A stretch of DNA of 64,000 bases from an uncultured SAR116 cluster alpha proteobacterium (GTDB taxonomy: Bacteria; Pseudomonadota; Alphaproteobacteria; Puniceispirillales; GCA-002684695). Location: positions 6,560 to 70,559 of the forward strand of contig CACMFN010000008.1 in NCBI GenBank assembly GCA_902612965.1, in the 5' to 3' direction. Under the pieces are notes generated by a model that was not told the DNA's origin, did not search any database, and worked only from the letters and a program-made list of their open reading frames with translations. This document shows, one piece after another, positions 30,127 to 44,316 of the stretch (within the stretch, counting starts at the first letter, position 1; each line of letters opens with the position of its first letter). Both the position numbers and the translations under genes were made by a program.

Positions 30127-30162
30127 TGAAATAAATGATAGAAGGAATATGACAAATTTTTA

Positions 30163-33877
<3,715 letters not shown>

Positions 33878-33878
33878 A

Positions 33879-35627
33879 TTATATTTTTTTTGTTTTGTTT
33901 CTTAACCACTTTCGGACATCTTGAGAAAGGAAATTTTTCAATTTATGAAAAACTGTTTCGTGATAATCATTTAACCAATGAACTTCTTTCTTATCTAATA
34001 AATCCTTATTAATGAGTGTATTTTCAAAATGACAAAAACTTACTGTTTCAAAACAAAAGAATTTGTTTTGAATAGAATTAAAAAATTTCTTAACTAATAT
34101 CAAATTTTCTAATCTAATACCAAATTTCCGAGGTATATAGAAACCAGGTTCATTTGAAAGAAGTTGCCCTATCATTAAAACTGAATTTGAGTTCTTAGAT
34201 ATAGTTGGAGGAAATTCATGAACACCTAAACAATAACCTACCCCATGGCCTGTTCCATGATTGTAGTCCATACCTTGTTCCCACAAAGCTTTTCTTGTAA
34301 TTGCATCAATTTCACTTCCACGTGCATCTGTTTTAAAAACTAATTTCGCCAAACTTATATGTGCTTTTAAAACATAAGTGTAGTAATCAATTATTTGACT
34401 AGATTGCTTTTCAAATGCAACAGTCCGTGTAATGTCTGTTGTTCCATTGAAATATTGGCCACCACTATCAATTAAAAATAATTTTTTTGTATCAATTATT
34501 TTTGATTTTTTCTCATCTGGCCTGTAATGAATTATGGCTCCATTACTGCCTGTAGCTGCAATTGTTGGGAAACTTTCACAAATAAAATTTTTATTTTCAG
34601 CCCTAAAGTTTTTTAACTTTTCTGAAGCGTCATACTCAGTAATTTTTTGTTTTTTAATATTATTTTCAATCCAGTAAAAAAAATTAGCTAGGGCAACTCC
34701 ATCTGCTATATGGCAACGTCTAATGTGCTGTATTTCTTTATTATGTTTGATAGTAGCCTTCTCTTGCAAGAATGAGAAACTATTTTCTACTTTTGCGCTT
34801 ATAAGTTTTAACTTATTGTAAATAATTGATGGGCAATTTTTGTTGTTTATTGCAACATTTTTATTCTTAAATTTAGATAAATATTGCACTAGTTTATAAA
34901 ATAAATGGTTACGAAGATTATCTTTGATATATTTTATATCACATTGAGAAAAAATGTTTAAATCACCGTTTTTTTCTACTACTAAAAATCCTAAAAAAAA
35001 TGGTGTATATTTTAGGTCATTCCCCCTAATATTAAGAAGCCAGCAAACTTGATTAGGTTGGGTAATTATTAATGCATCAAGGTCTCTCAACTGCATTTCA
35101 GCCAATAAGTCATTTACTTTATTTTTTGCGTTAACTGCAAAATAATTATCTTTCCACCTTGCTGGTTCTTTCTGAGTAATCTTTGGTCTATTTATCCATA
35201 CCTGATCAACTAAATTTTTTTTATCTAACTTTATTGCTATATCTTTGATTTTTACTTGCTCACTCAATTTTTGAAATGTACTTGCAGTAACTAGCCATGG
35301 GTCAAAGCCAATATTCTGACCTGCACTTAAATGATCTGTAACCCAATCTATCCAGTTATTTGAATGCAATGGATGTATTTCCCAAGATTTATTTAATTGC
35401 ATTCTAGCTTGGAGTGTGTACCGTCCATCAGTAAATAAAATAGCTTTTTTCAAAGTAATTACAGCAATTCCTGCAGAACCAGTAAAACCAGATAATAATT
35501 TTAATCTTGCATCATAATCTGGAACCTCCTCTCCACCAAACATGTCACTTCTAGGCTGTATATAAGCATCTAGATTATTTAGCTTTAAAGCATTACGAAA
35601 TTTACTAAGATAGGTATTTTGTTTCAT
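33879..35627 (-). CDS. pepP: Xaa-Pro aminopeptidase (M24B)
   Basis: GFTGSAG, DGRY, DSGGQY, GTTDITRT, HGTGHGVG, SNEPG. Confidence 0.93.
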   Translation of the reverse strand: MKQNTYLSKFRNALKLNNLDAYIQPRSDMFGGEEVPDYDARLKLLSGFTGSAGIAVITLKKAILFTDGRYTLQARMQLNKSWEIHPLHSNNWIDWVTDHLSAGQNIGFDPWLVTASTFQKLSEQVKIKDIAIKLDKKNLVDQVWINRPKITQKEPARWKDNYFAVNAKNKVNDLLAEMQLRDLDALIITQPNQVCWLLNIRGNDLKYTPFFLGFLVVEKNGDLNIFSQCDIKYIKDNLRNHLFYKLVQYLSKFKNKNVAINNKNCPSIIYNKLKLISAKVENSFSFLQEKATIKHNKEIQHIRRCHIADGVALANFFYWIENNIKKQKITEYDASEKLKNFRAENKNFICESFPTIAATGSNGAIIHYRPDEKKSKIIDTKKLFLIDSGGQYFNGTTDITRTVAFEKQSSQIIDYYTYVLKAHISLAKLVFKTDARGSEIDAITRKALWEQGMDYNHGTGHGVGYCLGVHEFPPTISKNSNSVLMIGQLLSNEPGFYIPRKFGIRLENLILVKKFFNSIQNKFFCFETVSFCHFENTLINKDLLDKKEVHWLNDYHETVFHKLKNFLSQDVRKWLRNKTKKI

Positions 35628-36513
35628 TATGTTTGACTTCTTTTTTTAAAATTATTGTTACCCAACCAGATATAGATATTTTCTTATTCACAATAATATT
35701 GAAATTTCTAAATTTACTTAAAATTATTTTTGATTGATAGTCTAGAATACCTGAAAGAACTAAGTAACCATTTTTTTTAATTTTCTTTTCTATATATTTT
35801 GCAAGCAAGATTAGTTCTGACGTAATTATATTAGCTACAACTAAATCAAACTCTGATTTATAATTAAAATTCAAATTTGTTTTTGGATGCATTAGTTCAA
35901 ATCTAATTTTGCCTTTAAGATTGTTGTTTTTGATATTTTTTCTTGATCTTATTATTGATGTTTTATCAATATCCACTCCATATATTTGAGCATTTTTCCA
36001 ATATTTAGATGCACATAATGATAGTATTCCAGATCCACTACCTATATCTAAAAATGAATTTATTTTTATTTTTTTATTTAAAAATTTGATGGCTTTTATG
36101 CAGCCTTTAGTAGTTGGATGTGCGCCTGATCCAAATGCATCTGATGAATTTAATCTAATTTTATGTTTCTTATATTTAATGTGATCTTTAAAATGATCGC
36201 CATAAAAAATAAAATCATTATATTCAACTGGCAAAAATAATTTAAAATTTTCATGTAACCAATCAATACCACTAATATTACTTACTTTGATTTTAATCTT
36301 TTTTTTAAGTTTGTAATTTTCTGTACTTGAATTATTGAAAATCAAATTCAAAAATATCTCTTCAGTAACGTATTTATTTAAGTAAACTTTGTACTCAAAA
36401 ATATTATTGCTTTCAGAATATGAAATCGCTTGAAAATTATTTAAATTCTCAATTAAATTAATTGCTTTATTATCTAATTTTTTTGTTTCAAACTCTAATA
36501 GCCAACAAGCCAT
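35605..36513 (-). CDS. prmA: Ribosomal protein L11 methyltransferase
   Basis: AFGSGAHPTT, LDIGSGSG, VANI, LSGIL. Confidence 0.9.
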   Translation of the reverse strand: MACWLLEFETKKLDNKAINLIENLNNFQAISYSESNNIFEYKVYLNKYVTEEIFLNLIFNNSSTENYKLKKKIKIKVSNISGIDWLHENFKLFLPVEYNDFIFYGDHFKDHIKYKKHKIRLNSSDAFGSGAHPTTKGCIKAIKFLNKKIKINSFLDIGSGSGILSLCASKYWKNAQIYGVDIDKTSIIRSRKNIKNNNLKGKIRFELMHPKTNLNFNYKSEFDLVVANIITSELILLAKYIEKKIKKNGYLVLSGILDYQSKIILSKFRNFNIIVNKKISISGWVTIILKKEVKHNETKYLS

Positions 36514-36515
36514 TA

Positions 36516-38762
36516 TTATTGTTTTTCTACAAAATTAGCTTGTATTTTTTTATGCCCTGCATTGTCAAACTTAATATCTAGTTTGTCATCATTGATATTT
36601 ATAACATTTCCCATTCCAAATTTAACATGAAAAACCCTATCACCTTTTATAAAATTATTTATTTGAAAATTATTTTCATAATTTTTTGGTAATTGAGATA
36701 AATTTTTATCTTTGACATTATTTATTTTAAGTTCTGACATTCTTTTCCAGCCAGGTCCGTAGCCTTGATTTTTAAATTTTTGAGTATAATCATATGAAAC
36801 ATTTTCATCATATAAAGAGTATGCTGAATAATCATTAGCTTCAATCTTATTAGCTATATCTTTTGGCAATTCTTTTAGAAAGCGTGAAGGTAAGGATGAC
36901 ATCCATATTCCGTTAATTCTTCTATTTGAAGCATATGAAAGGAATAGTTCTTTCTTTGCTCGCGTTATACCAACATAAGCTAACCTTCTCTCTTCCTCTA
37001 GACCATCTTCACCCCCCTCCTCTAAACTCCTAAATGAAGGGAAAAGACCATCTTCCCATCCTGGTAAAAAAATTACCTGGTATTCACTTCCTTTTGCTGC
37101 ATGAAGTGTCATTAAAGTCACTTCTCCGAGTTCATTACCCACATCATTATCAGTCATAAGGGAGACGTGCTGAAGGAAGCCTTCTAAGGTATCAAACTCA
37201 GATATTACTTCTAATAATTCTTTTAGATTGTTAATTCTTGTTTCAGCCTCTTCTGATTTTTCATTTTCCCACATTTCATAATATGTTGACTCTTCTAATA
37301 CCTGATCAAGAATATCCATCGGCTTTTTTTCATTCTTTAGGTGCTTCCATTTTTTAATTTGATTTATAAATTGAGCAATTTTTTCTACTGTACGATTATT
37401 AAAAATTTCAGAGTTAACTATATTTTCAGCAGAATGAAAAAGTTGCATATCATTTTGTCTTCCATACTCTGAAAGTTTTTTAATTGTTGTAGGGCCAATA
37501 CCTCTTCGTGGAGTATTAATAATACGTTCAAATGCAAGATCATCTAATGGATTACAAAGAACTCTGACATATGCTATCGCATCCCTTATTTCTTGACGAT
37601 CATAAAATTTAGTACCAATAACCCTGTAAGGCAATCCTATTGAAATAAATCGTTCCTCGATGGCTCTGAGCAATGAAAAAGTCCTTACTAAAACAGCAAT
37701 TTCAGTGAGATGAACTTTATCTCTTATTTTATCTTCAATTATGTCTCCAATTTTTCTAGCTTCGTCAGAGCTATCATAAGAGTTAAAAATTTCCACATCC
37801 TGATCACTATTGTTTTCAGTCCAAAGATCTTTACCAAGTCTATTTGTATTATTTTTTATTAAACAATTTGCAACATCTAGAATTTTATTAGTGGATCTGT
37901 AATTTTGCTCAAGTCTTATGACTTTTGAGTTTTCAAAGTCATTGGAAAAGTTCAGAATATTTTTTACTTCTGCGCCTCTCCATCCATAAATAGATTGGTC
38001 ATCATCTCCTACGCAACAAATATTATTATGCTTAGAGCAAAGTAATCTTATCCATAAATATTGAGCAGTATTAGTGTCTTGATATTCATCAATAAGAATA
38101 TGTGTGATTTTAGATTGCCATTTTGAAAGAACATCGCTGTTCATTCGAAGAAGCTCCAATGGATGCACAAGCAAATCTCCAAAATCTACGCAATTACTCT
38201 TTAAAAGTCTTTCCTGATATTCAATATAAATGTCTTTGATTAATCCATTTGAATATTGAAAAATATGTTTGTCTGTAATTTTACTTGGGGTTAATCCCTT
38301 ATCTTTCCAGCTACTTATAATATTTAAAAAGAATTTAGCTGGCCATCTTTTATCATCAACATTTTTTGCACTTATAATTTGTTTCAAGAGTTTAACTTGA
38401 TCTTCAACATCAATTATAGTGAAGTTACTTTTTAAACCAATGAGTTCACAGTGTTGTCTAAGCATTCTTGCACCTAAAGAATGAAACGTACCCATTAGAA
38501 CTTGCTCAGAGGAAGGGCCTATTATTCTCCCAACGCGTTCTTTCATCTCTCTTGCAGCTTTATTAGTAAATGTAACTGCCATGATATTCCAGGGCTTTGA
38601 TTTGCCAGTAACTAATAAATGAGCAATTCTTGTCGTTAAAACTCTAGTCTTTCCTGTGCCAGCACCAGAGAGAACTAATACTGGACCGTCAAGCGTTTCT
38701 ACAGCAATACGTTGCTGTTTATTTAAACCTTGAAGATAATTATATTGATCTGAGTGGAGCAT
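36516..38762 (-). CDS. uvrD: ATP-dependent DNA helicase UvrD/PcrA
   Basis: GAGTGKT, TFTNKAA, DEYQD, GDDDQSIY, QNYRS, TLHAAKG, YVGITRA. Confidence 0.96.
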   Translation of the reverse strand: MLHSDQYNYLQGLNKQQRIAVETLDGPVLVLSGAGTGKTRVLTTRIAHLLVTGKSKPWNIMAVTFTNKAAREMKERVGRIIGPSSEQVLMGTFHSLGARMLRQHCELIGLKSNFTIIDVEDQVKLLKQIISAKNVDDKRWPAKFFLNIISSWKDKGLTPSKITDKHIFQYSNGLIKDIYIEYQERLLKSNCVDFGDLLVHPLELLRMNSDVLSKWQSKITHILIDEYQDTNTAQYLWIRLLCSKHNNICCVGDDDQSIYGWRGAEVKNILNFSNDFENSKVIRLEQNYRSTNKILDVANCLIKNNTNRLGKDLWTENNSDQDVEIFNSYDSSDEARKIGDIIEDKIRDKVHLTEIAVLVRTFSLLRAIEERFISIGLPYRVIGTKFYDRQEIRDAIAYVRVLCNPLDDLAFERIINTPRRGIGPTTIKKLSEYGRQNDMQLFHSAENIVNSEIFNNRTVEKIAQFINQIKKWKHLKNEKKPMDILDQVLEESTYYEMWENEKSEEAETRINNLKELLEVISEFDTLEGFLQHVSLMTDNDVGNELGEVTLMTLHAAKGSEYQVIFLPGWEDGLFPSFRSLEEGGEDGLEEERRLAYVGITRAKKELFLSYASNRRINGIWMSSLPSRFLKELPKDIANKIEANDYSAYSLYDENVSYDYTQKFKNQGYGPGWKRMSELKINNVKDKNLSQLPKNYENNFQINNFIKGDRVFHVKFGMGNVININDDKLDIKFDNAGHKKIQANFVEKQ

Positions 38763-38869
38763 TTTAAGATATTGAGAAAATTTAAACTGTCTTTGAAAAA
38801 GGATATGGTTACATTGTATATTAATCCTAAATTACTTGTAATAAATTTTCTATATATTAAGTTTTATTT

Positions 38870-39628
38870 ATGCAATTTTCTTTATTAAAAAAAATATTAA
38901 TATTATTATCGCTGGTTTTATTTTCTTCATGTAGCCTAAATAATACTAATAACTTGTCAAATGCTTGGGACCCAATTGAACCTGTAAATAGAGCTGTTTT
39001 TTCATTTAATATGTTTGTTGATACTTATACTCTAGAACCAATTGCAAAAGCTTATAATTATGTTATGCCAGAATTTGCGACAAATGCATTAAGCAATCAT
39101 TTTGATTGGATTAAAACTCCTCTAAGTGCATTAAACTCTTTGCTTCAAGGCAAGGGTGATGAGGCTTTTGATTCGATTACTAACTTTAGTATAAATATAT
39201 TAACACTAGGATTTTATGATCTTTCAGGGAACAAAGGAATTAAGTTTGCTGAAGATTTTGATCAAACTTTAGGTGTTTATAAAATTGGAACAGGTCCATA
39301 TATAATGATCCCTTTTCTTGGTCCAAGTACGTTTAGAGGTATGGCAGGGACAATTTTAGACGGACTTGTTGATCCATTAAATCTCTTAGGTACAGAAAGA
39401 GTTGTTAGGTTAAATTCTACGGAACTACCTATAAAAGCTGTTAATACAAGAGCTGAATATATGGAACAAATTAATGATCTAAAGTATAATAGCCTTGACG
39501 CATATGCAGTATTTAGATCTGTTTACTTTCAAAAATTGCAATCTGATACAAATGATGTACTTTCAAATGATAATGATACGGATTTAAATAGTGGCGCAGT
39601 AGATGCTTTCTTTATTCAAAATCAATAG
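38870..39628 (+). CDS. mlaA: MlaA/VacJ family lipoprotein
   Basis: Lipobox FSSC, DPIEPVNR, EDFDQTLG, GPYIMIPFLGPS. Confidence 0.92.
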   Translation: MQFSLLKKILILLSLVLFSSCSLNNTNNLSNAWDPIEPVNRAVFSFNMFVDTYTLEPIAKAYNYVMPEFATNALSNHFDWIKTPLSALNSLLQGKGDEAFDSITNFSINILTLGFYDLSGNKGIKFAEDFDQTLGVYKIGTGPYIMIPFLGPSTFRGMAGTILDGLVDPLNLLGTERVVRLNSTELPIKAVNTRAEYMEQINDLKYNSLDAYAVFRSVYFQKLQSDTNDVLSNDNDTDLNSGAVDAFFIQNQ

Positions 39629-40250
39629 AAAATCTTTTATTTTATCTGTTTATTTTCTTGTAGCTTTCTTATTAACATCGGTAACATTTACAAACGTAAA
39701 AGCTGATACAAAATTGTTTAATGAGGCTAAATTTCATGTTGAAACAATGATGGAAGATATACAGTTTTTACTTGATGTAGGTAAAACTGATGCAGATCAA
39801 GGTAGGATATTATTAACTAAACTGCTTGATAAGTATTTTGACTCTCTTCAAATTGCAAAATTTTCTTCAATGCCAGCATGGAGAAAAGCAACACCCATTG
39901 AAAAGGAAGAATTTATTACCCTATTTGAAATATATCTAGTTAATTTAGCAGCAAAGAGATTTGATGAATTTAAAGATGTAGAATATATAATTTCAAAAAT
40001 TGAAAAGAGAGGAAGTAAGATGCTCCTTGTTGACGGCCACATAAAAGCACCTGGGAATAAAAGAGATAATACTCAAGTAGTTTGGCGGTTATTTTTGAAT
40101 GAAGAAAATAAAATGAGAATTATAGATATAGAAATTGCAAAAATATCTATGATAGTTGCACAAAACGATGAATTTACTTCTATTATAAGAAATAATAAAG
40201 GTAAATTCTCATCATTAATTGATGTATTGAAAAAAGAATTATATAATTAA
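39603..40250 (+). CDS. mlaC: MlaC/Ttg2D phospholipid shuttle protein
   Basis: Signal peptide, WRxAT...F..LF, IIDIEIxxISM...EF; coupled to mlaA. Confidence 0.82.
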   Translation: MLSLFKINRKSFILSVYFLVAFLLTSVTFTNVKADTKLFNEAKFHVETMMEDIQFLLDVGKTDADQGRILLTKLLDKYFDSLQIAKFSSMPAWRKATPIEKEEFITLFEIYLVNLAAKRFDEFKDVEYIISKIEKRGSKMLLVDGHIKAPGNKRDNTQVVWRLFLNEENKMRIIDIEIAKISMIVAQNDEFTSIIRNNKGKFSSLIDVLKKELYN

Positions 40251-40260
40251 TATTTGTTTT

Positions 40261-41937
40261 TTATCTTGAAATAGGTTTGTACTTTATTCTTGTAGGCTCA
40301 TTGGTATCTGCACCTAAACGTAATTTTTTATCTTGTTCATATGCTTGATAATTGCCCTCAAACCATTCAATGTGACTATTACCCTCAAAAGCAAGTATAT
40401 GTGTTGCTACTCTATCTAAAAACCACCTATCATGACTTATTATAACGGCGCATCCAGGAAACTCTAATAAAGCATTTTCTAAAGACCTTAAAGTATCAAC
40501 ATCAAGATCATTTGTAGGTTCGTCTAAAAGCAAAAGATTTGCTCCCATTTTTAAAACTTTAGCCAAGTGTACTCTATTTCTTTCCCCACCAGAAAGCTGA
40601 TTAACTCTTTTTTGCTGGTCAGTACTTTTGAAATTAAATAAACCTGCGTATGCTCTAGAATTCATTTTCATTGAACCAATTTCAATTTCATCTAAACCAT
40701 CAGATATTTCTTCCCATACAGTTTTATTGCCATCTAAATTATCACGCGACTGATCAACGTATCCAATTTTGACTGTTTCACCTATTCTTATATTTCCATT
40801 ATCAGGTTCTTCTTGGCCTGTAAGTAATTTAAAAAGAGTTGTTTTACCAGCTCCATTAGGACCAATAATTCCAACAATTCCAGCAGGCGGTAAATTAAAT
40901 GTTAAGTTTTCAAATAACAATTTATTTTCATAAGACTTTGTAAGGTTTTTTGATTCTATAACAATATTCCCCAAACGAGGTCCTGAAGGAATTGAGATTT
41001 GATTAATCTGATCTCTTTTTTCATTATTTTTTTTAAATAATTCATCATAAGCATTTAACCTAGCTTTTGATTTAGCTTGTCTAGCTTTTGGAGCAGATTT
41101 CACCCATTCTAATTCTTCAGAAAGTGTCTTTTGTCTTGCTATTTCAGTTTTGCCCTCTAATTCTAGACGTTTTTCTTTTTGCTCTAACCAGCCTGAGTAA
41201 TTACCTTTGTAAGGAATTCCATTTCCTCTATCTAATTCTAATATCCAACCTGCAACCTCATCTAAAAAATATCTGTCATGTGTAACTGTAATAACAGTAT
41301 TCTTAAAGTCATGAAGAAAACGCTGCAGCCATGATACAGTTTCTGCGTCAAGATGATTTGTAGGTTCATCTAATAACAATATATCTGGTGAAGACAATAA
41401 TAATTTGCAAAGAGCTATTCTTCTCTTTTCCCCACCGGATAAATTATTAACAGATGAATTACTAGGTGGCAGTCTTAAAGCATCCATTGCTATTTCAGCT
41501 TTTCTTTCTAAATCCCATGCATCAAGAGCATCAATTTTTTCTTGTAATTCTGCTTGCTTATTAATTAATTCATTCATTTCTTCATCAGTTACAACTTCTG
41601 AAAATTTTGCACTAACAGTATTAAATTCATCTACTAATTGTTTTGCCTCACCTAATCCTGACATCACATTCTCAACTACATTATAATCTTCATTTAATAT
41701 AGGTTCTTGAGGAAGATACCCTATTGAAAATCCTTCAGCTGGCCACGCCTCACCAGAAAATTCTTTATCAATGCCAGCAATTATTTTCATAAGGCTAGAT
41801 TTTCCAGATCCATTAATTCCTAGAACTCCAATTTTAGCTCCTGGAAGAAATGAAAGATTTATGTTCTTTAAAACCTCTTTACCTCCTGGGTAAACTTTCT
41901 TTAATTGCTGAATTGTGTAAACATATTGAACTGACAT
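40261..41937 (-). CDS. ettA: ABC-F energy-dependent translational throttle EttA
   Basis: Two ABC domains, LSFLPGAKIG, ARQAKSKAR, FEGNY. Confidence 0.96.
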   Translation of the reverse strand: MSVQYVYTIQQLKKVYPGGKEVLKNINLSFLPGAKIGVLGINGSGKSSLMKIIAGIDKEFSGEAWPAEGFSIGYLPQEPILNEDYNVVENVMSGLGEAKQLVDEFNTVSAKFSEVVTDEEMNELINKQAELQEKIDALDAWDLERKAEIAMDALRLPPSNSSVNNLSGGEKRRIALCKLLLSSPDILLLDEPTNHLDAETVSWLQRFLHDFKNTVITVTHDRYFLDEVAGWILELDRGNGIPYKGNYSGWLEQKEKRLELEGKTEIARQKTLSEELEWVKSAPKARQAKSKARLNAYDELFKKNNEKRDQINQISIPSGPRLGNIVIESKNLTKSYENKLLFENLTFNLPPAGIVGIIGPNGAGKTTLFKLLTGQEEPDNGNIRIGETVKIGYVDQSRDNLDGNKTVWEEISDGLDEIEIGSMKMNSRAYAGLFNFKSTDQQKRVNQLSGGERNRVHLAKVLKMGANLLLLDEPTNDLDVDTLRSLENALLEFPGCAVIISHDRWFLDRVATHILAFEGNSHIEWFEGNYQAYEQDKKLRLGADTNEPTRIKYKPISR

Positions 41938-41953
41938 TGAAGACCTTTAAATA

Positions 41954-42355
41954 TTATTTTAATTTATTGAACTTAACTACATTTGAATTTTGTAGTTTAA
42001 TTATTTTAATTTTATTATTTTTAGTAATAGTAATCAAAGAAGATGATAAGTTATCTTCTGAAAATATTAATATATTTTCATTATCCAAAGCAATAGACTT
42101 AATTGATTTAATATTAGGTAATTCTAAAATGTATTCAGAGTGAAAGTCATCTGAGGTATTAGTAAATTCAGTATTATTCTTATTCAAGTCTCCTCTTAAA
42201 ATCTTAAATACTATAATGGAAATCATTGAAAAGATAGCCAATCCAAGAACTATAACGATAACTTTTAAAAAATTAATATTTAGTCTAGGGTATAATTCAG
42301 CTGATTTATTTTGGTCATTGGTTTTTTTGTTGTTCATATGAATTATATTCCTCAA
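41954..42355 (-). CDS. Hypothetical single-pass membrane protein divergent from rluD
   Basis: LKVIVIVLGLAIFSMISIIVFKI TM followed by a small beta domain; start may be 42337. Confidence 0.7.
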   Translation of the reverse strand: MRNIIHMNNKKTNDQNKSAELYPRLNINFLKVIVIVLGLAIFSMISIIVFKILRGDLNKNNTEFTNTSDDFHSEYILELPNIKSIKSIALDNENILIFSEDNLSSSLITITKNNKIKIIKLQNSNVVKFNKLK

Positions 42356-42414
42356 ACTTAAATATTATTAGCAAAAGTATTAGTATTATTGAAGTTATAT
42401 TTAAGAGATAATAA

Positions 42415-43389
42415 ATGAAAAAGGTTTTTGAATTTATTTGTGAAATTAGTCAATCTGGAAAACGATTAGATATTTTTCTTTCTGAGAAAATAAATGATAA
42501 TACAAATGAAATACTTTCTCGAAACAGGATAAAATCATTGATTGAAAATCAATGCGTTGAAAAAGACAACAAAGTTATCAGTTCACCGTCAGTAAAAACA
42601 ATTTCAAACTCAAAATATAGAATAAATGTTCCACCACCCATATCAGCCAAACCTGAACCACAAAATATTCCTTTAGATATAATCTATGAAGACCAAGACA
42701 TAATAGTTGTAAATAAACCTGCTGGAATGGTAGTGCATCCAGGTTTTGGGAACCAGGATCAAACACTTGTTAATGCTCTTCTTTATCATTGTAAGGGTAC
42801 TTTATCTGGAATTGGAGGAGTTTCAAGACCAGGCATAGTACATAGAATAGATAAAGACACATCAGGTATATTAGTTTCAGCTAAAAATGATTATTCGCAT
42901 TTAAAACTATCTACTCAATTTAAAGAACATTCTATAACAAGATCTTATCTGGCTATAGTTTGGGGTGTAATTAATAATAAAGGTGTTATTGAAAATAATA
43001 TTTCTAGGCACCCCTATAATAGAAAAAAAATGCATATAAGTAAAAATGGAAAACTTGGAATTACACATTGGAAGTTAAAGCAAAATTTTTCAAATATTGC
43101 CTCTCTTATTGAGTGCAATTTAAAAACTGGCAGAACACACCAAATTAGAGTCCAATTTGCAAATAACGGCAATCATCTAATAGGAGATAAAGTTTATTAT
43201 AATCCAAAAACTAAGAAACGTTATTTAAATAAAAATAACCAAAATATTTTCAATTTATTAAAAAATTTTCCCAGACAAGCTCTACACGCAAAACATCTTA
43301 GTTTTTTGCATCCAACCACTAATGAAAAAATGTCATTTGAAAGTGAATTACCAGATGACATTAATAGCCTTATTAGTATTTTTATTTAG
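42415..43389 (+). CDS. rluD: 23S rRNA pseudouridine synthase RluD
   Basis: S4 domain, NKPAGMVVHP, HRIDKDTSG, TGRTHQIR, QALHA. Confidence 0.93.
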   Translation: MKKVFEFICEISQSGKRLDIFLSEKINDNTNEILSRNRIKSLIENQCVEKDNKVISSPSVKTISNSKYRINVPPPISAKPEPQNIPLDIIYEDQDIIVVNKPAGMVVHPGFGNQDQTLVNALLYHCKGTLSGIGGVSRPGIVHRIDKDTSGILVSAKNDYSHLKLSTQFKEHSITRSYLAIVWGVINNKGVIENNISRHPYNRKKMHISKNGKLGITHWKLKQNFSNIASLIECNLKTGRTHQIRVQFANNGNHLIGDKVYYNPKTKKRYLNKNNQNIFNLLKNFPRQALHAKHLSFLHPTTNEKMSFESELPDDINSLISIFI

Positions 43390-43391
43390 CT

Positions 43392-43420
43392 CTTGTAATA
43401 TAATGATGGAGTAACTATAT
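43392..43420 (+). promoter_or_regulatory. Putative rpoH promoter (CTTG-type -35, CTATAT -10)
   Basis: CTTGTA-N17-CTATAT in the 39-nt spacer. Confidence 0.55.
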
Positions 43421-43428
43421 AAAAAACT

Positions 43429-44316
43429 ATGAAAAATAATATGATACCATCAATTTCCAATGAGGGAAATCTAACTTCTTACATGGAGCAAATTAAAAAA
43501 TTTCCTCTTTTAGAAGCACAGGAAGAGTACATGCTTGCAAAAGCTTGGAAAAATCAAGGGGACGTTAAAGCAGCTCATAAACTAGTTACAAGTCATTTAA
43601 GGTTAGTTGCTAAGATTGCCTCTGGATATCGTGGATACGGATTACCATTGTCAGATCTTATTTCTGAGGGAAATATAGGAATGATGCATGCAGTTAAGAG
43701 ATTTGAACCTGAAAAAGGTTTTAGATTAGCCACTTATGCAATGTGGTGGATTAAAGCTTCAATACAAGAATATATCTTAAGATCATGGTCACTTGTTAAA
43801 ATTGGTACAACAGCTGCGCAAAAAAAACTTTTTTTTAATTTAAAAAAAATTAAGTCAAAAATCTCTGCAATAGAAGACGGTGATTTAACTCCCGATCAAG
43901 TTGATAAAATTGCTACTGAGTTAAGCGTGCCTCATAAAGAAGTTATTTCAATGAATAGAAGAATTTCTGGTTCAGACTACTCTTTAAATTCCCCTGTGAC
44001 GGATGATAATAGTGGAGAATGGCAAGATTGGTTAGAAGATGATACACAAAACCAAGAAGCAAGTTTCGCCGATACTGAAGAATATTTAATTAAAAAAAAT
44101 ATACTTTCTGATTCATTGGAATATTTAAACGAAAGAGAAAGAGATATTATATCTGAAAGGCAATTAAGTGAAAATCCTCTTACTTTAGAAGAGTTAAGTA
44201 ATAGATATGGTGTAAGCAGAGAAAGAATTAGACAAATTGAAGCCAAGGCATTCGAAAAATTACAAACTAAAATGACTGAAAAAGCTAAAGATATAAATCT
44301 TTTGCAATTTAATTAA
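43429..44316 (+). CDS. rpoH: RNA polymerase sigma-32 factor
   Basis: RpoH box QKKLFFNL, SHLRLVAK, VSRERIRQIE. Confidence 0.97.
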   Translation: MKNNMIPSISNEGNLTSYMEQIKKFPLLEAQEEYMLAKAWKNQGDVKAAHKLVTSHLRLVAKIASGYRGYGLPLSDLISEGNIGMMHAVKRFEPEKGFRLATYAMWWIKASIQEYILRSWSLVKIGTTAAQKKLFFNLKKIKSKISAIEDGDLTPDQVDKIATELSVPHKEVISMNRRISGSDYSLNSPVTDDNSGEWQDWLEDDTQNQEASFADTEEYLIKKNILSDSLEYLNERERDIISERQLSENPLTLEELSNRYGVSRERIRQIEAKAFEKLQTKMTEKAKDINLLQFN

